Assembly: GCF_002113885.1 (NCBI RefSeq)
Contig: NW_018404544.1
Span: forward strand, 82,395-135,715
From: Mizuhopecten yessoensis
Taxonomy: Eukaryota
Direction of reading: 5' to 3'
Length of the DNA stretch: 53,321 nucleotides
Shown piece after piece: positions 12,660 to 25,892 of this stretch (position 1 is its first letter; each line of letters begins with the position of its first letter). The notes under the pieces were generated by a model that worked only from the letters and a program-made list of their open reading frames with translations, ran no database searches and was not told the DNA's origin. The position numbers and the translations under genes are program-made.

Positions 12660-13040
12660 AAATATATAACTATCGGTGGTTTCAAAATATAGAACTATCG
12701 GTAGTTTCCAAATATATAACAATCGGTGGTTTCTAAATATAGAACTATCGGTGGTTTCCAAATATAGAACTATCGGTGGTTTCCAAATATAGAACTATCG
12801 GTTGTTTCTAAATATAGAACTATCGATGGTTTCCAAATAGAGAGCTATCGGTGGTTTCCAAATATACAACTATCGTTGGTTTCCAAATATAGAACTATCG
12901 GTCGTTTCTTAATATGGAATTATCGATGGTTTCTAAATATGTAACTATCGGTGGTTTCTAAATATATAACTATCGTTGGTTTCCAAATATATAACTATCG
13001 GTGGTTTCCAAATATATAACTATCGGTGGTTTCTAAATAT
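12660..13040. repeat. 25-bp minisatellite, ~15 copies
   Basis: Unit aatatagaactatcggtggtttcca. Confidence 0.95.
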
Positions 13041-14619
13041 GTAAAATTCATTAAGGAAGCTCACTTAAGATTTGGGAAGTTGAGCATAAATTTGTAAATG
13101 TCTCCACCAATTTGTGACCAAGGTGGACATTTTGTTAAGAATTAACTTGAATATATTTTCAATAAATTATATTCAAGTCAATCCTTATAATTTAATCTAC
13201 TATACACATTCCCTGTGGGAATCCACTTTTATTGGTGGAATCTTTTCTCTTACAAATTATTACGCCGCTGTATAAGCCAATCAAAAGCGACGTTATAAAC
13301 GGCGACATACTTTTTTTACGTTATGGGCCGATAACATAATTTGTTAAGCCAATGAAAATGCTTGTTACAAGCAAGATTAAATTATTGCCAAATAATGACA
13401 AAAACACTCCACATAGTAAAATAAATTTTATTACATAAGTGGACAAGCCCCCTGTAACTAAACAAGTATTTACTGTAGAGTCGGTCAGTTTTTCAAAGGG
13501 AGGTAAACATGACTGTCTACTGCAGTAGGTAAGCTCTGTAATAATTGTACAGTTCAAGGTTGCCAGTAACATACAGGACACAATATTTAAGTGCTACATC
13601 CCCAAACATAATCATGAAGAGTTAAACATTCCTGTAGGTTTTTGGCAACACATTTCACTATATTCAATTTAAAATGGTCAGAATTTCACAGATGCCACCA
13701 GCTAAGATATCTTTTTTTTAAATAATACAGAATAGTTTCAAAGTTACTTTGGCCGAATAATTATTTTGGTAAATCACTATATTTTTTGTTAGAAATGAAT
13801 TTCATCGTAATTTGTGAGGGAAATCATACCTTTACTTAAATCATCTTTTAATTCCAATGATAAGTGCAATAGATATTGTAATAGTGAATTCAAGTATATT
13901 TTAGAAAAAAATGCTTTACTAGTTTGCTAAATAACTTACACATGAAAATAAAGTGATTTTCAGTAACAAATCATTAAGTCAAAACACTGTCAACTTTGAT
14001 GCCATTATGTGGATAATTTGATTACCGTAATTTCATTAATGGAAGAGGTAAGAGTTTGCTGAAGATCAGACTATTCTTGTGATATATATTAACAACTATT
14101 GACTTCTGAAAAGGTGATATCAACCAAGGGGAAGCCGAGATCAATATCACAGGTTATATTTGGATACATATTTTAGGTTAGCTATGGATATACATGTACA
14201 CGTATTCTTTCAATTTGGTCCATATTTAATCAGGAATCTACTAACAAGTTTTCACCAATAATGTTTATAAAGTTAACAACACAGGTGTCTTGTATTTACC
14301 CTTATCTAGTGCCTACTGCAACATTTATTTTCAGAATGTGTACAATTCTAAGAAATATTGAAAAATACTTATTATGACAGGTTACTTGTTCTTTGATAAT
14401 TAATATTACATTAATGATATAAAAATACATTTACTAATAACACTTATATTAGATTACACAAATTGAAAACAAATAATTAAGGGAGATAATGCGAAGTCGA
14501 ATATTACCTGAAAGGTAAATAATTCTTAACGCAATTCACAGGTATAATGTGGAAGCAGGTAACATACATCCTTAGCGAAGACAATCTAACACAGGTCAAG
14601 GGTATCATGTGTACCCTTG

Positions 14620-15020
14620 TATCCTTAACTCGAGTTTAAGGTGTTAGGTGACATTATTATATCCTTAACTCAGACTCAAATAACAGATATAATGTGTAAG
14701 GTAGCATATATCCTTAACTCTGACACAAAATAACAGATATAATGTGTGAGGTAGCATATATCCTTAACTCTGACACAATCTAACAGCTATAATGTGTATG
14801 GTAGCATATATCCTTAACTCTGACACAAAATAACAGATATAATGTGTGAGGTAGCATATATATCCTTAACTCTGACACAAAATAACAACTATAATGTGTG
14901 AGGTAGCATGTATCCTTAACTCTGACACAAAATAACAGCTATACTGTGTATGGTAGCATATATCCTTAACTCTGACACAAAATAACAGATATAATGTGTA
15001 AGGTAGCATATATCCTTAAT
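14620..15020. repeat. 50-bp minisatellite just downstream of the COMMD5 stop (probable 3' UTR)
   Basis: tccttaactc at 14711, 14761, 14811 and onward. Confidence 0.9.
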
Positions 15021-15161
15021 GGAGATGACTCTAAAACATAACATTTGTAAAGAAGCCTATATCCTTCCAACATGCAATAGACAATGTGTTGACATGATAT
15101 ATACTGCAGTTTCACAAAGAAGTTTGCATACACATGTGTTCATATTACTATCCAGAAAACA

Positions 15162-15263
15162 TTAGTCTTTTATCTTTAGAATACTTCGTTTTTCTAAGTC
15201 TTCCATTTCTTTAAGAACAAATGCAACGTTGTATCGTAGTTCGTGGAATTTGGCAACAGGAAT
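15162..15263 (-). CDS. COMMD5: COMMD5 coding exon 7 (last)
   Basis: IPVAKFHELRYNVAFVLKEMEDLEKRSILKIKD*, the end of the COMM domain. Acceptor tttaag. Confidence 0.92.
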   Translation of the reverse strand: MPVAKFHELRYNVAFVLKEMEDLEKRSILKIKD

Positions 15264-15334
15264 CTTAAACAAAAAGAAATTATAAATAATACTGAGGCAT
15301 AGCAGTATGACTACTATATTAAAGAGAAACACAA

Positions 15335-16315
15335 ACAAGAGGCCAATGGGCCTGCATCGCTCACCTGTTATTCAACACTGTTCAGAAACACCTGTCACCA
15401 TAAATTAGGGTTAAGGTTACATACACTGAAAATGTGTTTACAGTAAACAAGCTAACACAACAGATAACTGCATGAGTGGAGATTTTGGCTATTTTGAAAT
15501 GTTCATGTATTTACACGGAGTAAATTAGCATAAAAGATCTGCACAAGTATAGTTATAATTATAGATTATAGATGTACAGAATATGAAGATGTCAACCCCT
15601 AGCGGCCAGTTTAAAGAATCGCAATGTAAACATTTCAACAATCTCCACTGATACAGTATTCCACTCCTTTTTAATATACTACACTGCTATCATGACTCTT
15701 TACCTTTTATCATGCAACATTTAAAGTAGGTCAAGATCATTTATTTGAACAAACCTGTATTATTATATCAAGCTGCCAGCCAAATGTTTCTAATCTATGC
15801 CTTAAAGACCTAATGAAGAAGTAGTAAAGGTTTAAGATATGTGTTGTAAATAAACTTCCTAAACCTTCATCCCAATATGATATTTGCCAGCCAAATGTTT
15901 CTACTTTATAACTTAAGGACAATATGAAGAAGTAATGTAAAGAGTTTAATACATTTGACACCTTTGACCTTGAAAATGGGTCATGGTTATTCTTATGAAC
16001 AAACTGGACAAACTTTTAACATAGAGATATACATGCCAAATTCCATGACCCTCAGGCTCTTCAGGAGAAGTTGTTAAAATATTTTAACACATTTGACCCC
16101 TGTAAACTTGAAAGAGGGTTAATGTCACTAATTAGAATAAACATGATGGACCTTACTCGCAGCATACTACTGGAAATATCCGGTCTCTAGGCCTCTTGGT
16201 TATTTAGAAGAAGTTGTTTCAAGAAATAAGTTGATGCCAGTTGGATGGACAGATGACAGATGACGGATACATCACCATGACGAAAGCTTAGTTGCCCTTC
16301 AGGATTGTGACTTAC
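15335..16315 (+). mobile_element. Degenerate HINE-like element
   Basis: acaagaggccaatgggcctgcatcgctcacctg end, tgaccttga units, gacag microsatellite near the right end. Confidence 0.6.
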
Positions 16316-16449
16316 AGATTGAATATATATTGTGTACCACATCTGTCTGCATCAGATGGAGGACACACATACTATGATAACTTAATGCTGAATTGACTTC
16401 CTATGCTAATATTAGTGCATTAATCATGTAATGCTAGTCCGACATAAAA

Positions 16450-18510
16450 TTTGTTAATCAGTGACAGACCTACCGTAAATACGTTTATTAGTGACAGACC
16501 TACCTCAAATATGTTTATCAGTGACAGACCTACCTCAAATAAAATATGTTTATCAGTGACAGACCTACCTCAAATATGTTTATCAGTGACAGACCTACCT
16601 CAAATATGTTTATCAGTGACAGACCTACCTCAAATATGTTTATTAGTGACAGACCTACCGTAAATACGTTTATCAGTGACAGACCTACCTCAAATATGTT
16701 TATCAGTGACAGCCTTACCTCAAATATGTTTATCAGTGACAGACCTACCTCACATATGTTTATTAGTGACAGACCTACCACAAATATGTTTATTAGTGAC
16801 AGACCTACCTCAAATATGTTAATCAGTGACAGACCTACCTCAAATAAAATATGTTTATCAGTGACAGACCTACCGTAAATATGATTATCAGTGACAGACC
16901 TACCTCAAATATGTTTATCAGTGACAGAACTACCTTAAATATGTTTATTAGTGACAGACCTACCTCAAATATGTTTATCAGAGACAGTCCTACCTCAAAT
17001 ATGTTTATTAGAGACAGTCCTACCTCAAATATGTTTATTAGTGACAGTCCTACCTCAAATATGTTTATTAGTGACAGCCCTACCTCAAATATGTTTATTA
17101 GTGACAGACCTACCACAAATATGTTTATTAGTGACAGACCTACCTCAAATATGTTTATCTAACAGACCTACCTCAAATATGTTTATTAGTGACAGCCCTA
17201 CCTCAAATATGTTTATCTAACAGACCTACCTCAAATATGTTTATTAGTGACAGACATACCGTAAATACGTTTATCAGTGACAGACCTACCTCAAATATGT
17301 TTATTAGTGACAGACATACCGTAAATACGTTTATCAGTGACAGACCTACCTCAAATATGTTTATTAGCGACAGTCCTACTTCAAATATGTTTATTAGTGA
17401 CAGACCTACCTCAAATATGTTAATCAGTGACAGACCTACCTCAAATATGTTTATCTAACAGACCTACCTCAAATATGTTTATTAGTGACAGTGACAGACC
17501 TACCTCAAATAAAATATGTTTATCAGTGACAGACCTACCGTAAATATGATTATCAGTGACAGACCTACCTCAAATATGTTTATTAGCGACAGTCCTACCT
17601 CAAATATGTTTATTAGTGACAGCCCTACCTCAAATATGTTTATCTAACAGACCTACCTCAAATATGTTTATTAGTGACAGCCCTACCTCAAATATGTTTA
17701 TTAGTGACAAACCTACCTCAAATATGTTTATCAGTGACAGACCTTCCTCAAATAAAATATGTTTATCAGTGACAGACCTACCGTAAATATGATTATCAGT
17801 GACAGACCTACCTCAAATATGTTTATTAGCGACAGTCCTACCTCAAATATGTTTATTAGTGACAGCCCTACCTCAAATATGTTTATCAGTGACAGACCTA
17901 CCTCAAATATGTTTATCAGTGACAGCCTTACCTCAAATATGTTTATCAGTGACAGAACTACCTCAAATATGTTTATCAGTGACAGCCCTACCTCAAATAT
18001 GTTTATTAGTGACAGTCCTACCTCAAATATGTTTATTAGTGACGGACCTACCTCAAATATGTTAATTAGTGACAGACCTCCCTCAAATACGTTTATTAGT
18101 GACAGACCTACCTCAAATATGTTAATCAGTGACAGACCTACCTCAAATATGTTTATCAGTGACAGAACTACCTCAAATATGTTTATTAGTGACAGACCTA
18201 CCTCAAATATGTTAATTAGTGACAGACCTACCTCAAATACGTTTATTAGTGACAGACCTACCTCAAATATGTTTATTAGTGACAGTGCTACCTCAAATAT
18301 GTTTATTAGTGACAGACCTACCTCAAATATGTTTATCAGTAACAGTCCTACCTAAAATATGGTTATCAGTGACAGACCTACCTCAAATATGTTTATCAGT
18401 GACAGACAGACCTCAAATATGTTTATTAGTGACAGACCTACCTCAAATATGTTTATCAGTGACAGTCCTACCTAAAATATGGTTATCAGTGACAGACCTA
18501 CCTCAAATGT
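16450..18510. repeat. 30-bp minisatellite, ~68 copies, anchored on the COMMD5 exon 6 donor
   Basis: Unit atgtttatcagtgacagacctacctcaaat. Confidence 0.97.
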
Positions 18511-18577
18511 GTGGATCCTGCCATCACTAAGAGTCAGCTCCATGAGAATACTTGGTTCCAACACTCTGTTTAAAACA
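18502..18577 (-). CDS. COMMD5: COMMD5 coding exon 6
   Basis: (S)VLNRVLEPSILMELTLSDGRIHTFE. Acceptor ttctttcag, donor GAG|GTAGGT. Confidence 0.92.
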
Positions 18578-18938
18578 CTGAAAGAAAATCAAGAGATTAT
18601 AAGGATGCCATTTATACAGTTGTCTCCTTAAAGGATCAGCGCCCATAATAATAAAACAAGAGGCCCAAGGGCCTAAACGGTCACCCAAGTTATATTTTAG
18701 GTAGCTTAATTTCATTGCTGAGATGTGAAGTGGAAATCAGCATACAAACATAGTGAAATACAATACTTGTTATGTCGCCAAAGGAAAAGAACTTTAAAAA
18801 CTATTCAAAAAAAATATTTTGCTATGGAGAAATATAATATCTATTGTCATGGGAAGGACGGTGTGTGAAGAGGAAGTTTGGTTAGGGCTACAAATATACT
18901 ACCTACAGTAAAGTATTGTAACATTGATCATGGCCTAC

Positions 18939-19034
18939 CTGGTAGATATGGCTACATCAACTCTCCACTTGAGACAATCTAATCTGGGTAGTCGTGGTCT
19001 GTTCTCTAGACAGTGTGCGGTGATCTGTGGCCCC
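18939..19034 (-). CDS. COMMD5: COMMD5 coding exon 5
   Basis: (R)GPQITAHCLENRPRLPRLDCLKWRVDVAIST, containing the COMM-domain WRVD motif. Confidence 0.92.
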
Positions 19035-19830
19035 CTTCAAAAAACAACAGAATTATTGATTCACCAAACAAGGATAGTTTCATAGGCACGGGCAAAAACT
19101 ACATGAATTGCCTGGAATTGACTTGATTTCCACAAGGAATTTCTTTCACTGTTCCAAACAAGCAACAATTCTTTATTTGCCTAGCCGACACCTATCTCAA
19201 GATATAGGGTACACTGCCATACTTCGTGTACACCCATACTTCACGAGCCAAGACACACATGCACACCTGAATCTGGTCACCCCAGGTGAATTAGTATAAA
19301 AGATGTGCCCCGAACACTTTAAAAGGATAAGCTCAAATGTCAAAGCATAGGTCACGGTAACCTACTTTTTGTTTTTGACACTCCATCATCCCAGGATGTT
19401 CATGCATACAACATCTGGTTACTCCAGCTGAAATAGTATAAATGCTATGTCCCAGTAAATGTTTCCAAAGGTTTAGTTCAAAGGTCAAACTATAGGTCAC
19501 AGTGACCTTTGTTTTGTAAATTCCTAACCTGTGTATTTATGGTGAAATAGTATAGGAAATCGAAATATACCTTGGACTAACTCTTTGGATCGACAGAAGG
19601 ACATATAGACAGGAACCAGTGGGGAACTAATAAACACTACAACAGTTTATTCAGGGCTGCTAGAGACTTATAATTATATTATCATACATTCTTGTGTGGT
19701 CTTAAAAAGACCTACAATGTATCCTTTCAATATAACATAGTAATTATTTGTACCAGTCATGTTTTTAGCACGGAACTCGTTGACACTCAAATCACAGTAG
19801 CGATAGCGTACATCCCTGAGGACGACTCAC

Positions 19831-19881
19831 CTTGAACCAAAGATAACACTAGCAAGATCACTGTGGAACTCTTCAGGAATG
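19831..19881 (-). CDS. COMMD5: COMMD5 coding exon 4
   Basis: (N)IPEEFHSDLASVIFGS. Sites ttacag / AG|GTGAGT. Confidence 0.9.
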
Positions 19882-20974
19882 CTGTAATGAAAACAAGACC
19901 ATTGAAGGCAGAACATCAGGGTTTTTTGTTTGTTAATATATTTTCAGCTACAGGTCAAACATGCCATAACTTTCCGGTGCAAAATAATGATTTTATTTGT
20001 GAGATTTGGACATTTGGATTTTCTCCGAGTTAGTGAGAAATTTGTGAGACATTTAAAACAAGACAAACAACATGAGCCTAAATCTCTTTGATATTCAGAA
20101 AATATGTTCAACAAGCAAAGTTGTGGAATTTATATCCCCCGCTTTTGGGACATACTGTAGGTAAACATTATTGAGGTTAGGTTTAAACATGTGAGTATCG
20201 TGCTGTTGAGGCATAATGTATAGCTTGAACCTCGAAGAAAAAAAGCCTTATCAAAACATTTGCTAGAGTTATCAAGCAGAAACTGAAGATAATGACTCCG
20301 CCAAATGGAGTCCGATGAAAGTGGTTTTCAAACTTGGCCGAGCCCTTAATGCGCTGAACCCTGTTACTAAGTTTGAGGACAATTGGATTATATTTGCGAG
20401 AGTTGTAGTTATTGCACGGAAACGAAGTGTGACAGATTGACAGACAGATGGACAAACCCAAATTAATATCCCCGCTTTCACCGCAGGGGATAAAAATTTA
20501 CATTTGACCCATATAACTTTGAAATTGGTCATTGTCATTGATTTGAACCAACTTGACATAGCCATTCATCACAGCATGCTAACGCTCAAATAGCAAGACC
20601 CTTGGTCTAGATTTCTTGGTTAATCAGAAGAAGTTATAAAACAATTTTAACACGTCTGATCCCAAAACTGTTCCCATAATTTGGGATATTTTGATGTCAC
20701 CAATGGCGTTGTTCCCACAACATTGGATATTTAAATTGTGGCACATAAAATTTTAGCTTTTGACAATTCCTTTCATTTAAATGGTGCTGCTTTCTGATGT
20801 GCGATTTCCGTAGTTGCTCCGTTAGTGTGTCAGTTAATGGTAGGTTATAGGTACAATTTATGATAATATACAATTCAAAAGGCTCATTGGCATTACTTAG
20901 CTGTCACCTTAAGCGTAATGAAACTGTCATTTGTTGTCATTTTTTGGAATTAAAGCAATAGAAGAAATACTCAC

Positions 20975-21003
20975 TTTAATTCCTTTATGTCCTCCTTGAA
21001 CAT
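20975..21003 (-). CDS. COMMD5: COMMD5 coding exon 3 (29 nt)
   Basis: MFKEDIKEL. Sites ttgcag / AA|GTGAGT; phases fit both neighbours. Confidence 0.85.
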
Positions 21004-21161
21004 CTGCAAATTTGAAATACAAAATTCTAAAAAAATATAATATTTATATAAACAATGTTTTTATTCACAAACCTGTAGATTTGGAAATCAAAGAAGATTA
21101 CAATAAAACATGTACCTACAGTCTGTACACACACACACACACCTATATACATGTACATTTA

Positions 21162-22065
21162 ACAAGAGGCCCAGAGGGCCTGTAGCGCTCACCTGGATAT
21201 CAAAGTAATCATGGCAAAATATTCTCCAAATAAGATCCAAAGGAATGGGCCAGACCCCAAGGACAATCCTTGTATCCTATCTGTATTAGATTTTTCATAC
21301 CCAGCAATATTATGTATGGTTATGGGGTGGGGATCTCAACTGTTTCCAAGGTGTGACTCAGAAATTAAGTCCCTAGGGTTGTGGCCAGACCCCAGGATTA
21401 ATTATAATATCATGACTGCATTCGTATCTTTATGCCCAACAATTGTATATATAGTTTTGGGGTAGGGATCTTAACCGTTTTAAAGTTATGACCCATGGGT
21501 TAGGTCTCAAAGGGTGGGGCAGACTCTGAAATCAATTCTAATATCATGACTGCAATCGTCTCTTTATCCCCAGCATTTGTATATACAGTTTTGGGGTGGG
21601 GATCTCAACCGTTTCAAAGTTATGACCCAGGGACTATGTCTCCAAGGGTAGGGCCAGACCCCTGGGCAATCCTGGAAACATATGTGCATTCTTCTCTTGG
21701 GGATCTCAACCATTTCCAAAGGGGCTCTGCCCCACTACTTGTACAATTTGAATCCCTGCCTCCCATGATATCCAGTGCATTAGTTCTACAGAAGATGCCA
21801 TTTATAGCAATATAGCCAAATTACCCTTTTTGGTCATGCCCCTTGGCCCCCTGGGGGTCAGCCCTCCATTTGTAAAATTTTGAATCCCCACCTCTCATGA
21901 ATGCTTCTGACCAAATACGATTGATATCCAGCGTATAGTTCTACAAAAGAAGTCATTATAGCAATATATCCAAATAACCTTTTGGCCCCGCCCCTCAGCC
22001 CCCTTGGGGGTCAGCCCCACCATTTGTACAATTTTGAATCCCCACTACCTAGCTAGGGATGCTTC
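21162..22065 (+). mobile_element. HINE-like element, right end abutting the 38-bp array
   Basis: acaagaggcccagagggcctgtagcgctcacctgg end; internal ggggtggggatctcaac units. Confidence 0.7.
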
Positions 22066-23594
22066 ACACTTTACCTCTGGTTTTATCATAGATATCACAT
22101 AAGCCACTTTACCTCTGGTTTTAACACCTTACCTCTGGTTTTATCATGGATATCACATAACACACTTTACCTCAGCTGGTTTTATCATAGATATCACATA
22201 ACACACTTTACCTCTGGTTTTATCATAGATATCACATAGCACACTTTACCTCTGGTTTTATCATAGATATCACATAACACACTTTACCTCTGGTTTTATC
22301 ATAGATATCACATAACACACCTAGCCTCTGGTTTTATCATAGATATCACATATAGCACATACATTTTACCTCTGGTTTTATCATAGATATCACATAACAC
22401 ACTTTACCTCTGGTTTTATCATAGATATCACATATAGCACATACACTTTGCCTCTGGTTTTATCATACATATCACATAACACACTTTACCTCTGCTGGTT
22501 TTATCATAGTTATCACATAACACACTTTACCTCTGGTTTTATCATAGATATCACATAGCACACTTTACCTCTGGTTTTATCATAGATATCACATAACAAA
22601 CCTAGCCTCTGGTTTTATCATAGATATCACATAACACACTAAACATCTGGTTTTATCATAGATATCACATAACATATCTTACCTCTGGTTTTATCTTAGA
22701 TATCACATAACACACCTTATCTCTGGTTTTATCATAGATATCACATATAGCACATACACTTTGCCTCTGGTTTTATCATACATATCACATAACACACTTT
22801 ACCTCTGGTTTTATCATAGATATCACATAACATACTTTTCCTCTGGTTTTATTATAGATATCACATATAGCACCATTACCTCTGGTTTTATCACAGATAT
22901 CACATACCACACCTTACCTCTGGTTTTAACACCTTACCTCTGGTCTTATCATAGATATCACATAACACACTTTACCTCTGGTTTTATCATAGATATCACA
23001 TAACACACTTTTCCTCTGGTTTTATCATAGATATCACATAACACACGTTACCTCTGGTTTTATCATAGATATCACATAACACACTTTACATCTGGTTTTA
23101 TCATAGATATCACATAAAACACTTTACCTCTGGTTTTGTCATAGATATCATATAACACACTTTACTTCTGGTTTTATATATATCACATAACACTTTTCCT
23201 CTGGTTTCATCACAGATATCAAATAACACACAACCTCTGATTTTAACACCTTACCTCTGGTTTTATCACAGATATCACATAACACACTTTACCTCTGGTT
23301 TTATCATAGATATCACATATAGCACATGTTACCTCTGGTTTTATCACAGATATCACATAACACACTTTTTCTCTTGTTTTATTATAGATATCACATATAG
23401 CACACGTTACCTCTGGTTTTAACACCTTACCTTTGGTTTTATCATAGATATCACATAACACACCTTACCTCTGGTTTTATCATAGATATCACATAACACA
23501 CTTTACCTCTAGCTTTATCATAGAAATCCTGTAACATAGTTTACTTCTAGCTTAATCATAAAAATCCTGTAACATAGTTTACCTCTGGTTTTAA
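22066..23594. repeat. 38-bp minisatellite, ~40 copies, anchored on the COMMD5 exon 2 donor
   Basis: Unit acacactttacctctggttttatcatagatatcacata. Confidence 0.96.
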
Positions 23595-23743
23595 CGATGT
23601 CAGTGGCAGTCGAATTGCCCGTCTCAGTAGGGAGTACAAGCCAGTATAAACTATACTCAACACTTCCTTGGTGAAGATGTCATGTTCTAATTCCTCTAAT
23701 ACTGCACAATCAATTTCCTTTCCTTCCATAGAGGACACAATCA
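23583..23743 (-). CDS. COMMD5: COMMD5 coding exon 2
   Basis: (M)IVSSMEGKEIDC...LYSLLRRAIRLPLTSLKPE. Sites gtttcag / GAG|GTAAAC. Confidence 0.92.
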
Positions 23744-24197
23744 CTGAAACAAAACATGATAACACGATAACATTCAAGTCTTTTTCCTCACACGGATGAA
23801 ACTTTTATGCAAATATATTTAAATATTTTTCACATATTTAGATATTTATAGCTGTGTCCTAAAGTGTATATAAATAACAATTCCTACATATTTAGTGTTA
23901 GGACCACTTACAAATAAAACCTGTGCTTAACTGACAAGTCTGTGTGATACTTCATGATAAGATTGTTAAAGAAAAAGCAAAAAATATATAATATTTCTCA
24001 TACTAGGATTACAGCTACTATATTTGTAATTAGGTTGTCCAGTCATCTTCACCTTGAATTTAATTAGGGTCAAATATATATAAGTACAATCATTCTGACC
24101 AATTCATTGATGATGTTGCAGCTACGAAAGCAAAACATATTAGGATCCTGGCCAAAATGATGGGATCACTCAGGGAGATTTTAAAGTATTATCTCAC

Positions 24198-24858
24198 TGA
24201 AAGGAAGGAAGGAATGAAGGACAGGTGATGACCCTGGAAAACAGGTAGGTCAGTACAGGCAATCACCTTTGAAAGAAGGTAGGACAAGTGATGACCTCTG
24301 AACTAAAGTAAGATAGGTGATGACCCTGGAAGGCTGGTAGGACAAGCAATGAAAGAAGGTAGGATAGGTGATTACCCTTGAAGGAAGGTAGGACAGGTAA
24401 TGACCCTTGAAGAAAGGTAGGACATGTGATGACCCTTGAAAGAAGGTAGGACAGGTGATGACCCTTAAAGGAAGGTAGGACATGTGATGATCTTTGAAGG
24501 AAGGTAGGACATGTGATGACCCTTGAAGGAAGGTAGGACATGTGATGAACTTTGAAGGTAAATAGGACAGGTGATGACCCTTGAAAGAAGGTAGGACAGG
24601 TGATGACCCTTGAAAGAAGGTAGGACAGGTTATGACCATTGAAGGAGGGGAGGACAAGCAATGACCCTTGAAGGAAGGTTGGACATGTGATTATCTTTGA
24701 AGGAAGGTAGGACAGGTGATGACCCTTGAAGGAAGGTAGGACAGGTGATAACCCTTGAAGGAGGGGAGGACAGATGTTGACAATTGAAGTAAGTATGATG
24801 GGTGATGTTCCTTGAAGGAAGGTAAAACAGACGATTACCTTTGAAGGCAGGTAGGTCA
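24198..24858. repeat. 29-bp purine-rich minisatellite in COMMD5 intron 1
   Basis: Unit gaaggaaggtaggacaggtgatgaccctt. Confidence 0.92.
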
Positions 24859-25334
24859 TATCTTCTCTTAAGATATGACCAGAACACCTACCTTGGATGT
24901 ATATTCAAGGCGAGGTTGTCAACCAAACAGAAGTAGACAGACAGTCACGACACTTAGCACAAGTTTCCTCTGGCCCTGACACCAGACTTCGACATTTTGA
25001 CAGATAGATGCCAACACCAGACATCTATCTGTCAAAATGTCGAAGTCTTGTGTGTAGTGGTACCGATCAGAGGAAACTGGGGCTATCAGACAGTGGTGTA
25101 CATAGTTTTATTAAATGAATTTTTTGACAGTGTCATTATTTCATAATTAAGTACATGCCGCACATGTGCAATCAGCGTGATATCCAATAGGTCATTGCTG
25201 ATTAGTAATTAGTGACCAGAACCAGTAGGAAGGTTTGACAGATGATAATCCTGGAATGAACTAGGTGTCACTGGGTCAATTTAGGAACTATACGCATTGT
25301 GACCTGTAATTTATTTCAAACCCTATCAACTTAC

Positions 25335-25482
25335 TTTGCAACAATTTACGAAAAGTTTGTTTGTCAATCTTTGCCATAGGTTTGCTGATGGCTTTGATTT
25401 CCTGGGGCACTCTCCCACCATAAAACGGTGATCTGTCCACTGCTACACTGCCCCCGCTTCCCTTCACTTGAATAATGGACAT
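25335..25482 (-). CDS. COMMD5: COMMD5 coding exon 1
   Basis: MSIIQ..FYGGRVPQEIKAISKPMAKIDKQTFRKLLQ resembles COMMD5 FLGAQLPPEV..LDRSTFRKLL. Donor A|GTAAGT. The seven exons total 663 nt. Confidence 0.9.
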
Positions 25483-25869
25483 ATTGAAACTGTTGAGATT
25501 TTCACAATTATTTCCATATAACTCTATATATTAAGTAATGACATATTTCATGGAGATTTCAAACGCAAATTCGTCGTTCTCGTCATGTGTAAACAGAAAC
25601 ACTCGTTAAAACGACATATTTCGTCTGTCATGTGCCTCCCCCAAAACACGGAAGTGGTAGTTCAAAGTTCAGCCGGATGTTAGTTCGAGGAAATGTTTTA
25701 CAATTACAATTGTTTAACTGGCCGAAATATGATTACTTAACAGTCACCACTAGAATCGTTATCAGAGTTAACAGATTATTTTGTTACAAAAGATGAACAT
25801 ATTAGATTCATATTTTAATTTTGACCAATCGGCAGTCGCCGTTTGTTTTGCTGCATTCTTTCAAACGCA
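25483..25869. promoter_or_regulatory. Bidirectional promoter COMMD5/VMA21
   Basis: 387 bp between divergent ATGs, CpG-richer than flanks. ETS CGGAAGTG at 25649, CCAAT at 25825. Confidence 0.7.
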
Positions 25870-25892
25870 ATGGCAGACGATCTTAGAAGCAG
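25870..25892 (+). CDS. VMA21: VMA21 coding exon 1
   Basis: ATG GCA GAC GAT CTT AGA AGC AG|GT. Phase 2 fits exon 2; the donor (GTGCGA) is weak. Confidence 0.65.

Noticed and set aside
16451-18530. Repetitive ORFs (MFISDRPTSN, VGLSLINIFE, TDLPQICLSV) as proteins
   Set aside because: By-products of a 30-bp intronic minisatellite that is open in several frames on both strands.
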